A stretch of DNA of 64,000 nucleotides from Callorhinchus milii (lineage: Eukaryota), in assembly GCF_018977255.1 (NCBI RefSeq), contig NW_024704742.1, forward strand, positions 138,944,001-139,008,000, written 5' to 3'. The stretch's first letter is position 1. The number at the start of each line of letters is the position of its first letter. This document shows positions 47,810 to 59,952 of this stretch, in pieces. The translations under genes were made by a program, and so were the position numbers. The notes under the pieces are model-generated. The model worked only from the letters and a program-made list of their open reading frames with translations, made no database searches and was not told the origin of the DNA.

Positions 47810-48570
47810 AATTCTTGCATTGTATACAGCACCTTTCAGGTCAAGAGAACATCTCAAAGCACTTCATAGGATTTACTGTAAAATGTCATCAGTATTTTTG
47901 TAGAGCAACATCTCAGCCAATTGCACAGCAATGTCCTACAAACAGATACAAATGACCAATTTGACCTAAGCAATTGTTGGCCAAGACCCCTTTTCAAATT
48001 GTGCCAAAGGATCTTTAACATCTACCTGAACAGGTTGACGGGACCTTAGTTTATCATCTCATCCGAAGGATGCCACCTCCAAAAATGCAGCCTTATCCTA
48101 GCACTAATTGGGGTATCAACCTGACTTGTTTACTAGAATTGAACCCACAATCACTGACTTGGAGGTTATGTGCTGTGGCAGTCAGGTGGAGAAGAGGACA
48201 GTCAAATGTCTTGCTGACACGATAAGCCAAATGGCCCTTTAGACTGTAAAACTTTCATGGACAAACATGACCAGAGGGCAATTCAATACCTGTGGAAACG
48301 TTCCCGAGCAAAGGAAGTCAGACCAGGGGCAGATGAGCTCAATCTGGTGTAGCACCCTCATCTTCGAGTCAGAAGCCCAACGACAGGACTTGCTACCAAT
48401 ATAGTCCATGCTGGCACTTTAGTGCAGTGTTGGGAATGTACTGCTTAGTTAGAGGTGTTCCCTTCAGATGAGAAATTAATCTGAGGTCTTGTCATCTCGT
48501 TCAAGACATTAAAGATCACAAAGCACTTTTCAAACAGAAAAGGGAGTCCCAGCCAACAATCCACCAAATA
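47810..48570. mobile_element. Old Deu-domain SINEs (47810-48165 minus; 48335-48570 plus)
   Basis: GGATCTTTAACATC..TTTATCATCTCATCCGAAGGATGCCACCTCC and CCTTCAGATGAGAAATTAA..ATTAAAGATCAC. Confidence 0.65.
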
Positions 48571-49246
48571 ATAATCATTGCATTTGATATAGCGCCTTAT
48601 CACATCTTCAAGACATCTCAAAGCGCTTCACACAAAATTTACTGTAGAGTGAATTGACTATATATTTTGTGGGCAAAGTTCTGCAGCCAATTGCGTACAG
48701 TAACGTCCTCGAAACCAGTTGTAGCTTGAGTGACCAAATTTTTTTTTGACTAACAATTTGAAGGGATTATTACCCCCAGTAAAGCGATCCGCCAATCGGG
48801 TTCCTATTTGCTGCTAGGTAAACAAAGGCGTGTGGGGTAAGGAAACTTGCCTATGATTTCTCCCTGCTCAGGAATCGAACCTAGGTCCTTTCGTTTGTGA
48901 GGCGGGTGCTCTAACCACTGAGCTAAAGGACTCATTGGTTATGTGGAGTCCTGTAGCTCAGTGGTTAGAGCACTTGCTTTGCAAGCAAGACACCTGGGTT
49001 CAATTCCAGGCAGGGCGAAACCTTGGGCAAGTTTCCTTACTCCACACGCCTAATAATAATCCTCCAAAAAACCCAAAACAATAATAAATTGGTCATTTTC
49101 AATCTACGACTGTTTGTGGGACATTGCTGTGCGCAATTGGCTGCCGCGTTCGCCCACAAATATACAGTCAATTCACTTTACAGTATATTCTGTGAAGCGC
49201 TTTGGGACGTACTCCCGACGTGAAAAGCGCTATATCAAATGCAAGG

Positions 49247-49276
<30 letters not shown>
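48570..49276. mobile_element. Head-to-head SINE pair (48570-48933 minus, long; 48943-49276 plus, short/young)
   Basis: Two tRNA heads separated by ~9 nt; long (TTA)n tail to 49276. Confidence 0.9.
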
Positions 49277-49277
<1 letters not shown>

Positions 49278-49852
49278 GCTTCTTGGGTGCTTATGAAGCA
49301 TTGTGTGTAAATTGGCGGCCACATTCATCTACAAAATACCATCATTCCACCTTATGATGCATCCTCTGAAGCGCTTTGAGATATTGCCCAGATGTGAAAG
49401 TTCTATAATAAATATATTGTAATATTATAGTGGGGAGAAAATTAAAGAACAGTTTGACAATTTATTTTTAAAAATCCATATTTTACTATATTATACAATA
49501 TATCGTAATATAATAATATATAATATTATAAGTAGTATATTTTACTACTTAATTTTTTTAAAATAGCCAAAAAAGGAAAGTTCGAGCAACAACAACAACA
49601 AATAATAATAATAATCCTTGCATTTGATATAGCATCTATATAGCACCTTTCACATTGGGACAACATTCCAAGGCATTGAAACCTGAGCAGAAGACCTGGA
49701 GGAGATTGCATAGAGTTGGGCAAGAGCATGAACGGTTTTGAAAACCAAGGCAAGGATCATAAATTTGATTCAGAGGATAGAGCTGGTGTTGCCTAGCGTG
49801 GGTAAAACTTGGGCTGCAGAGTTCAAGCCTATCAAAATGCAGCTTGTCACAC

Positions 49853-50170
49853 ATAATAATAATCCTTGCATTTGATATAGCGCTTTTCACGTGTTCTCGA
49901 CGTCCCAAAGCGCTTCACAGAATATACTGTAAAGTGAATTGACTGTATATTTGTGGGCGAACGCGACAGCCAATTGCGCACAGCAGCGTCCCACAAACAG
50001 TCGTAGATTGAAAATGACCAATTTATTATTGTTTTTTGTTTTGGAGGGATTATTATTAGGCTCTGTGTGGAGTAAGGAAACTTGCCCAAGGTTTCGCCCT
50101 CTGCCTGGAATTGAACTCAGGTCTCTCACTTGCAAGGCGAGTGCTCTAACGACTGAGCTACAGGACTCCA
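49853..50170 (-). mobile_element. tRNA-derived SINE, short (young) subfamily
   Basis: Near reverse complement of 48943-49260. Confidence 0.92.
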
Positions 50171-50711
50171 CATATAACTGATAACATAGATACAGAACAA
50201 ATTTTCTGTATTTAGATAGTTTTAGTAAGGTTTTTAAGGATTATTATTAATAATAAAAGCGATGAATACAAAATACTCCATTGGAAACCTACATTCTTCA
50301 GGGAGGGAATATTAACTTCTGAAAATGTTACCTTGGCCAGGCCACGATATCACATCTAATCACTACTATTGTACAATAGTTGGCTGTGCTCTTTGCTTTA
50401 AAACAAACTTGTACCAACAGGTTTTAGACTCTCCCAGACAGATGGTTATTTTAAACACCATAAAGATTAAAAAGGCTAGTTATTTCTCCATCCCACTAAA
50501 CCAAATGTTTTGTGGTTAAATTTTCCTGTCCCAAAACTACTTCAACACTTTAACCGCACGTCAGTTTGGCTCAGTTGCTAACACACTCAATTGGAGTCAG
50601 GTGGCTATGAAATTAAGTACCACATCAGAACTGCCAACTTAGTGGAGTATTGTTGCTTCATTGAAATGCTCAAACCAAAGTAACACCTGTTTATTCTAGT
50701 TGTTCTTTCAA

Positions 50712-51738
50712 AGTTTCCTTACACCACATGCTCGCCTCTGTTTACTTAGCAGAAAATAGGAACGCGGTATTAGTCGACTGGCGGATCGCTTTCCGGGGGC
50801 AACAATCCCTCAAAAGAAAAAAAAATTGGTCACTCAATCCACGACTGTTTGTGGGACACTCTGCTGTGCACAATTCGCTGCTGTGTTTCACTCACACTCA
50901 CTGCACTTTACAGTATATTCTGTGAAGCGCTTTGAGACATCAACGATTTGATAAGGCGCTATATCAAATACAAGTATTATTATTTATGATGGAATTGTTC
51001 TTTAAATTGAAAACAATTCACTAAATGTGCACCCTTCCAGGATGGAATCTCACCAATATCTTGAGGTCTTGAAAACAAAATCCCCCCTCTGCCACAAGAG
51101 GGGGGGATTTTGATATACCGTATATTTAAAAACAGTGAGCAGACAAGCAGTCAAGACAGTCAGTCTACTCACATCCAAGTCCTATACAATCTAGACCTCC
51201 ATCATTTTTAATCATGCATTAGCTGCCACATTTCACACCTTCAATTCACTTTACTGTGTATTGCATGAAGCACTTTCAGTCATCTCGAAGACGTGATGAA
51301 GCGTTACATCAAATGCAAGGATTATTATTATTATTATTATCACTCTGCAGTGGGACCTTGCTCCCACTCCCTGAGAGCTCATCTGCCAGGTGGATGCCCA
51401 TTCTTTCATTAGGCCAAGAGAATGCAAGAAAAAGGTAGACTGAGTGAACACTCCTTGATTCACTTTTGCAAGTATTGACATTTACGCTGCAGTTTGCTGT
51501 GGAGTCCTGTACCTTAGTAGTTACAGCAGTCGCTTCACAGGCAAGAGGACCTGAGTTTGATTCACGGGTAGGGGGAAACAAAACATTAGGCAAGATTCCT
51601 TGTATGCAATTGGCTACCGTGTTTCACCCACAAAATGCAGCCAGTTCACTTTACAGTATATTCTGTGAAGTGCTTTGAGACGTCTCAAATACTGATAAGG
51701 TGCTATATCAAATGCAAGGCTTATTATTAATTATTATT
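50712..51738 (+). mobile_element. SINE fragments (50712-50985, 51215-51340, 51498-51738)
   Basis: Body, tail and head motifs of the dominant SINE. Confidence 0.8.
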
Positions 51739-52719
51739 GTCTAGCTCCAAAAAATGAAAGCCATTACATTTTCAGAAGATAATCATACCTCACTAACCTT
51801 CAAGATTTTGAGGGGTATTCATTCCAAATTGACAGTTATATGACAATGCTAAAAAGACATAGCTTGCCATTGAGAGTGCTGTCTAGCCAGCTTCCCGCTG
51901 CTTGGGCTTTGGCTTGCAGGGTTAACAAAAGATTGGTGAGAAGAATCCTGCCCTCAGTGACTGGTGTAGCCCTCCCGTAAGTCCTGCCGATGAGCTGGTT
52001 TGATATCAGCTGTGCCCTGGAATACTGTGGGTTAGCCTGGCTCAGGAATAGGATCAGAGACCATCACAGACTCTATTCCGACATACCATTGCCAAGCATG
52101 TGACGTTTGAGCCAGTTCAGCTCACTCTCCCCCCCCACCACCACCACCACTTCAGTAGGATAGTGGGTGATCACCCAGTTTTGGCATTTGTCATTCGACA
52201 ACTGCTGAGCAGTTACCCCAATGTACACTCTGGGATTCCCAAGCCTTGGCTCTGGCAACCTGTGCTTCATACTTTCCAGAATTAGGTAAGCAGGATCCAT
52301 CCCTACAAACAAAGAGTGACCATCCATTCCACAGAATATCCATATGTAGATAGGGTGCATGGAATTTTGTTTAGTTTGAATACTTGGTCTGTATACGTCG
52401 GACATCCCACTGACCAAACTAAATTCTGCATTTCAAAGAGGGTGGAAAATCATCTACAATAACATGCATTTACATGTATCTTTCATATAAATTAAACATC
52501 TCAATATGTTTTACGAAATAAAATTGGTTAGAAATAAATCTTGCTCTATTGGCAAAGGTGACACCACCTACATCCCATAAGCAATGGAATGAGTAAGCAA
52601 TTTGAATTTTGGCCAGTGCTAATGTAAGCCAGGATAATCAGGAGAAAAATTCCATGTTTCTTTGTAATTTTGGGGTGGAGAGGAGCTCTGGGACGCAACC
52701 CTATGTGAGGGGCCCTTTA

Positions 52720-54328
52720 TAAAACTGACTCCTGCTCCCTCGACCCCATTCCTACCTCTCTCCTTACTTCCCAGCTCCACCTCCTGACTCCTCTCCTCAC
52801 CGACATCATAAACCTCTCCCTGTCCACTGGTACGTTCCCACCCCTTTAAAAACATCCGTCATCACTCCTATCCTTAAAAAACCTTCCCTTGATTAATTCC
52901 TGCTCTCAAACTACTACTCCAACCTCCCTTTCCTCTCCAAGGTCCTGGAACGAGTCGTTGCTTCCCAGCTTTGCTCCTTCCTCTCCCGCGATTCCCTTCA
53001 TGAACCCCTCCAATCGGGTTTCTGTCCGGCCACCGCACAAACTGGTCAAACTGACAAATGACATTCTGTCCATCTGGGACCAGGGCTCACTCTGCCTCCT
53101 CGTCCTCTTTGACCTCTCTGCTGCCTTCAATACCGTCGACCACTCTGTCCTTATCCACCACCTCTCCTCTCACCTCAACCTTCACGGCTCTGTCCCTGAA
53201 TGGTTCAGATCGTACCTCTCACACCGCCTCCACTTCATCTCCAGCCCCCGCACCGTCTCGTGCGGTGTTCCTCAGGACTCTGTTCCTGGTCCCTTCCTCT
53301 TCAACATCTATATGCTCCCCCTGTGGTGACATCATCCGCAGACATGGGGTCAACTCCCACATGTATGTGGATGACACCCAACTCTCCCTCTCTGCCCCCC
53401 CCTTGACTCCAGGACCCACTGCTGTCCTGACAGAATGTCTGTCAGACGTCAAGTCCTGGATGAGGGCAAACTTTCTACAGTTGAACGTCAACAAGACCGA
53501 GGCTCCTGATTGGCTCCCGTCAGCGCCTCCACACCTCAGGCCCTGACAGCATCACCATCCCTGGGGCTCACTCCCCCTCACTGCGCCAGTCCCAAACCTT
53601 GGGGTCTTTTTTGACCCTCAATTATCCTTCCTACCCCACATCTGCGCCATGACCTGCTCTGCCTCCCCCACTTCCGTAACATCGCCTGGTTCAGCCATTG
53701 TTTCGCACCGTAGGCCACCAAGACCCTCATACACTCATTCATAACATCCAGCGTTGACTATACAAATTCCTTGTTTTTCGGCCACCCAATTCCTCCATTC
53801 ATCGGTTGCAGATCATCCAGAACTCTACAGCCCATGTCCTCGCCCACACCAGGCTCTGCGACCCTATCACCCCCATCCTCGACCGACTCCACTGGCTTCC
53901 CATCACACAAAGGATACAGTTCAAGATTCTGGCCCTCACTTTCAAAGCCCTCCATGGCCTTGCTCCCCCTTACCTCCTAACCCCCTACCATCCTACCCGC
54001 TCCCTCCGCTCAGCGAGCTCCGGCATCTTCACGTCCCCCGCCCCACCATTGGCGGGCGGGCCTTCTGTCACTCTGCCCCTACTCTCTGGAACTCCATCCC
54101 GCAGTCCCTCCGCCTTGCCCCCTCTCTTGCCTCCTTCAAAACACACCTCAAGACACACCTCAAGACCCTCCTCTTCAACCGTGCTTTCGATCACCCTGCT
54201 TTCCCTCTGCCCTGCACCCTCCCCAATCCCGACCCCCAGCTCGGGTCCGAAACACTGACTGCCCAGCGCCTAGGGACATCCTCCCGACATGAAAGCCGCT
54301 ATACAAATGTCATTTTGTTGTTGTTGTA
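52720..54328 (+). mobile_element. L2 LINE 3' 1.6 kb, decayed
   Basis: LVKLTNDIL..LFDLSAAFNTVDH, MYVDDTQL, WMRANFLQLNVNKTE, LHWLPITQRIQFK; (TTG)n tail. Confidence 0.92.
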
Positions 54329-54639
54329 AATGCTGTTGTTTATATCCACATGAATCACAAAACTAACAGAACCTTAAATTCCAATCAAAAACTGGAAGGC
54401 GACCTGGAAACAAATATGCCTGTATTTAACACACAATGCTGTTAGCTAAAACACAGCAGCTAATCTATACCAGTAAAGCTCCACAAACAAGCAGTCAAAT
54501 TAATAATCTAATAGGAATATATTATAGTTATCAGTTTAGTTCATTTTTAGCAGTGTGGCTTCTGGGTCACAAGGTTGTGGGACCATGCCATCTGCAACTT
54601 GGCTGCTTGTCCACAACTTCCACCTTGCTCACAGCTCTG

Positions 54640-55600
54640 AGAGAGCACTTGTCAAGGTTACAAATTATGTTCTCTGTCTCTCTCTGTGACTATTGCTGTC
54701 TCTGCCTCCTTGTTCTCCTGGACTTCTCTGCTGCTTTTGACACAGTGGACCATGGATCCTACTCAACTGCCTCTCTTCCTTCATCAATCTCAATGAGACT
54801 GCCCTTTGCTTGTTCAAGTCCTTCTTGATCCACCGCCACCATTTTATCTCTTCAAATGGTGTCCCCTCCCACCTCTGTATGATCGACTGTGGCGCACCCC
54901 AAGGCTCTATCTTCCTTTTTCTCATTTATGTGCTCCCTCTTGGCGATATCCGCAGACGTGGGTACAACTTCTGGCTATCAATCCTACTCACCAAACTAGA
55001 ACAGAACATTTACATCAAGTTTGAGCCCCAGTTATCCTTACATTCAATCCCTGACCAGGACACTTATCTCCACCATGGCCACATCACCCACCTTTGACCC
55101 TACCTTACATCAAACGCTGCTGAAACCCTCATCCATGCTTTGGTCACCTTCGTCCTCAATTTTTCCGACAGACGCCTCGCTGGTCTCCCCAGCTCCACAA
55201 TAAAACAATATACAATAAAAATTATATAAAACTCTGCCGCTCATGTCCTCACCCAGAGTTCAACAACAACTTGGATTTATATAGCGCCCTCCACGTCAGA
55301 CGGCGTCTCAGAGTCTTGCCAAGGCTCCATTGATTCCCTATTGTGGAATAGATCAATTTCAAGATCCTCACTCTCAACTTCAAATCACTTCATGGCCTAG
55401 CACTTCCTTACCTCTCCGATCTGCTCACACCCCACTACCTCCACTACCCACTACTTTCGCTCAGGTGGCTTCAGTCATCTTCACTTCTCTCGTCCCCTCA
55501 ACTCCTTGCGGCAGTGCTTTCCACTGATATGCTATAAAACATCAATAAAAGTGCTCTGAGACGCTACCCTGTGCTATAGAAGTACATGCTGTTGTTGAAA
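54640..55600 (+). mobile_element. Older L2 fragment
   Basis: [24 protein letters not shown]. Confidence 0.8.
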
Positions 55601-55749
55601 CTCAAATTCCTTTCCTCAATCTTTCAGTCTTGTTAAGCACTGCGAGATGCTACTTGCATGAAGGGCGCTATATCAATGCAAGTCATTGATGCTGTGTTTG
55701 CCTACAATACTTAACAGGTAGCTTTCAGCATTAGCTTTCAGCTCTGTGA

Positions 55750-56330
55750 AGCGCTGGTGTCCTGGTGAGACCACACCTGGAATACTGTGTGCAGCTTTGG
55801 TCTCCTTATTTAAGGAAGGATGTACTTGCCTTGGAGGGGGTGCAGCGTAGATTTACTAGGATAGTACCAGGGATGAAGGGGATGAGTTATGAGGATAGGC
55901 TGAACAATTTAGGCCTATATTCTCTAGAATATAGAAGAATTAGAGGGGATCTTATAGAAACCTATAAGCTCATCAAAGGGCATAGAGTAGATAGTGGGAG
56001 ATTGTGTCCCCCGGTTGGAGAAACTAAAACCAGGGGTCACAACCTTTAAATCAGAGACCAGCCCTTTCGCACTGAGTTGAGGAAGAACTTCTTCACTCAA
56101 AGGGCGGTGAATGTATGGAACTCACTACCCCAAAGGGCTGTTGACGCTCAGTCCTTGAACATATTCAAGACTGAGATAGATATGTTTCTTATTGCAAAAG
56201 GGATTAAGGGATAGGGGGATAAGGCAGCGTCAGGTTATTAGCCGGAGTTAGATTAGAAGATCAGCCATGATTGAATGGCGGGGCAGAGGCTCAAAGGGCC
56301 GAATAGCCTACTCTGCTCCTACATGTTGTT
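55750..56330 (+). mobile_element. CR1 3' fragment
   Basis: RPHLEYCVQLWSPYLRKDVLALEGVQRRFTRIVPGMKG..RRIRGDLIETYK. Confidence 0.92.
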
Positions 56331-58681
56331 ATGTTAAAACATTTCCTAGAATTATGCAGAACAGAAGAAGGCCATTCGGCCCATCTTGTCTGTGCCAGCT
56401 CTTTGAAAAGAGCTATCCAATTCAATCCCACTCCCCTGCTCTCTCCCCATAGCCCTACAAACTTGTCCTCCCCAATTTCAATGTATAAGTGGATTATCAA
56501 ATCCAAGGATTAGTATTATACCATTATTCACTGAAACCTTCTAGTGATCTTCCCTCCACAAATGCTTGAAGGTGAATAGATAATTGGCGATTGCAATCAG
56601 TGATACCCCACACCTCATATCCATATAACTTTTTCTGTGCTGTTCACACAAGAGAACATTGGGAATCATTCTTCAAGAGTAGGTTAAAAAAAATAAGCCA
56701 TTTCAAATTCAAGAGGTGATGCAGGACATGCAGAGGCATCCATATACAACCCATATTTTATATCTGGATGTCTACCTAGCTGGACAATATAGTCTAACGC
56801 TTTGGGATGTCCTCCAATGTGAAATACACTATACACTTGTAATTTGTTGCTGTCTTTGTCAGGTAAAGTATGACTCACTTCAGGGGAGATTTGAGATATG
56901 TTGTGCAGGCTCTCTTATAGGAAAGAAAATCGAGTCATTAACTAGAGGAGGGAGTTTCTCTCTCCTGGGGTCCTAATCAACAATCCCCCAAATAAAATTG
57001 GTCATTCACTCCACGGCTGCTTGTGGGACACTGCTGTGGACAACTGGCTGCCACGTTTCACCCACAAAATATACAGTCAAACCAGTCAGTTCTAATCGAA
57101 CCTGAGTTATGTTGAATGGACTCACTGATAAGTGAATGTAGGTTTCTTCCTACAAAGAGAACAATACTGCCTGCCAAGCCATTCTTTCATAGTTACCATG
57201 TGTACATATCTGCAATGAACAAGCACTGTAGAGTTGAGCCCTGGCTACAAGCTACCAGAGATGAGGTTCTGGGCTTCGCGCAAGATATTTGCTGCTCATG
57301 TCTTTGCTTGACAATACCCCTGACTCTGGGACACTGCCCTGCGTGAGGGGCACTATATAAAGGCAAGTTGTTACTGTTGCTCACTGCACTGCAAATTAGA
57401 CCACAACCCTAATTATTTAAAGAACCTACTTTTTAAAAATTCATTGCATTTCTATGACACCACGAGAACTTCTTGACATACCTTTCCTAAATTGGCTAAC
57501 TTTGCCATCTACATACCCAGTGCAAGATCATGAAAAACTGTTTTTTNGAGTCTTTTGAATGTTTTTCTGGCATGTAAAACTCACCAACCATCATCTGTGA
57601 AAAAAACAGTAAAATATATTTATTCCCAAGTAATTGACAGAGCCATTGAGTGGAGCGATTCACTGTTACTATGCTTCACTGGAACTATTTTACTCCATAA
57701 GAATTTTTACATCCAAATTTGAACCTAAACCATCCTTTCTAATTCTATGCTATATACAGAGAAAATGCCAAGTGACAGTGACTAGTGCACAAGATGAACT
57801 AAATATGACAACAGCATGTGTAATGCACTATGTACATGCAGATTTACACAGTAGCACGGTTCACGTCAGGAGGATATTGATAAAAATATAGCTGATCCTC
57901 AAAAAAAATGAGGGAAGGAAATCAAAGGCTCCAAATGATTTAATTCTTTTTTAAACTACTGATGTTACACAAAGTTGAAAATAAGCATTTCTGTTTCTTT
58001 TCCATTTGTATTTTTACAAGTCAAGCAACACCATAAAGCCTCTTTTCCCTTCCTCAAGACAATAACTGAGGCCAACGGCAGCACTGTACCCCTGGTTAAG
58101 ATTGGGTAATTCAGCAAACAAGAGATAGAACCCAGAAATTTCCTGGCCTTGAGGATCATAACCATATCATACTGTCGTGAACTGTTCCTAAGCATCCTTT
58201 ACATTATTTTTCCTAAACACCTTTACATTAACAAAACTGAATTCAACTGTACATGAAAAGGATCAACCCTTTTGACTTCATAACTAATTTCACAAGCATC
58301 TAGGAATAGATTCATGTGTGCTATATAGAATAGGTCATGCCAACACTGCCAGTAAAGTGCTAACACCCAGCAGGTAATACCAAACCCATCTTCAGGTTCC
58401 GTATCACTCAATTTCCTTTTACCTACAATATACTTCTGTCACACTCAATGATTAACTGTAAGAAAAGTCACTAAAACACTTTCAAACAAATTAAGCAATA
58501 TAATTTATAAACAGAAAATAGCTGGCAATGAGCGTAATTTAGGAATTCAATATCTGGATTCTGGTGACATTCAAAACCATTTGATCTCACATTATATGAT
58601 GTCATTAGGGCTATTCAAATAAATTACTGCTGCTGATCCATTCTACATTGCATGGTTTATTCCCCTGAAATATAATAGAAT

Positions 58682-59025
58682 AATAACAATAATACCCTTA
58701 CATTTGATACAGCACATATCACCTCATTGAGATGCCTCAAAGCGCTTCACGGGATATAATGTAAAGTGGATTGACTGAAAATTTTGTGGACAAAATGAGG
58801 TAGCTACTTTGCACACAGCAATGCCCCACAAACAGCTGTGCAGTGGGTGACTAATTTTATTTGGGGGATTGTTGGCCAGGACACCAGGAAATACTCTACT
58901 CTTGCGGAATAGTGACATAGGACCTTTAATAAGCTTAGATTATGTGATTCCAAGACCCAATGTGGGCTTTGAACCAACAACCTTTTGACTCAGAGGCGAG
59001 GTGTGTCACTGAGCCAGATTGACAC
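58682..59025 (-). mobile_element. Deu-type SINE, internally deleted
   Basis: Tail at 58682, Deu 3' part, head (TGACTCAGAGGCGAG) at ~59000. Confidence 0.7.
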
Positions 59026-59451
59026 ACCTGAAACATGTTGGAAATAATTAATTTCCAAACATGGCGACTGCAAAGAAAGCTTGAATGTGGTTGGTGTGGG
59101 CAAAAATCAGCAGCAACATTTTACATGTTTACAAGATTACAATAACATAACAATCTAACTGCATTTTTATACATTTAAGTTTTCCTGTAATTAGACGGAT
59201 CCTGAAATTTGATTGGTGAAGTTTGTTCCACCTTACGGTCAAGAATCTTTTAGTGCTTTTTCCCCCAAAATTGTAGCAAACTTAGGACCATAAAGTTTTT
59301 TTTAAACACATGAGTTACTTGATTCACAGGATTTGACATTCCATAATCCGCATGAGTAGAATTCTTGAAATTCAGTTTCAGTCTCTAGAATGTTTCCTAC
59401 ATCATCTTTCAAATGTAACACTATTCCCACAAATTTAAGGCAGCAGGCAGT

Positions 59452-59952
59452 CTATGCAGATCATCCAGAACTCTGCAGCTCGTGCCCTCTCCCGCACCAG
59501 GCTCCATGAGCCCATCACTCCCACCCTCACTCGGCTCCACTGGCTCCCCATCCCCCAGAGGATACAGTTCAAAATCCAGGTTCTCACCTTCAAGGTCCTC
59601 CACGGCCTTGCTCCACCCTATCTCTGCAATTGCTAACCCCATATCAACCTATCCGCTCAGCAGGCTGTGCCCTGCTCCATATCCTACGCCCAACCCACCA
59701 TCAGTGATCGGGCCTTCAGCCCCCCACCCTATGGAACTCCATCCCACATTCCCTTCGCCTCGCTCCCTCCCTCCCCTCCTTCAAAGCACGTCTCAAAACC
59801 CTCCTCTTTGACCGAGCCTTCAGCCATCCTCCTACCTTCTCTGCCCTCAACTCTCCCCAATCCCAACCCCCAGCTCAGGTCCAAATCCCTGACTGTCCAG
59901 CTCCTTGGGATGTACTACCAACGTGAAAGGCGCTATACAAATGTAATTTTAG
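59452..59952 (+). mobile_element. L2 3' fragment
   Basis: QIIQNSAARALSRTRLHEPITPTLTRLHWLPIPQRIQFK. Confidence 0.9.

Noticed and set aside
57547..57547. Single N base
   Set aside because: Assembly ambiguity next to a T homopolymer; not biological.
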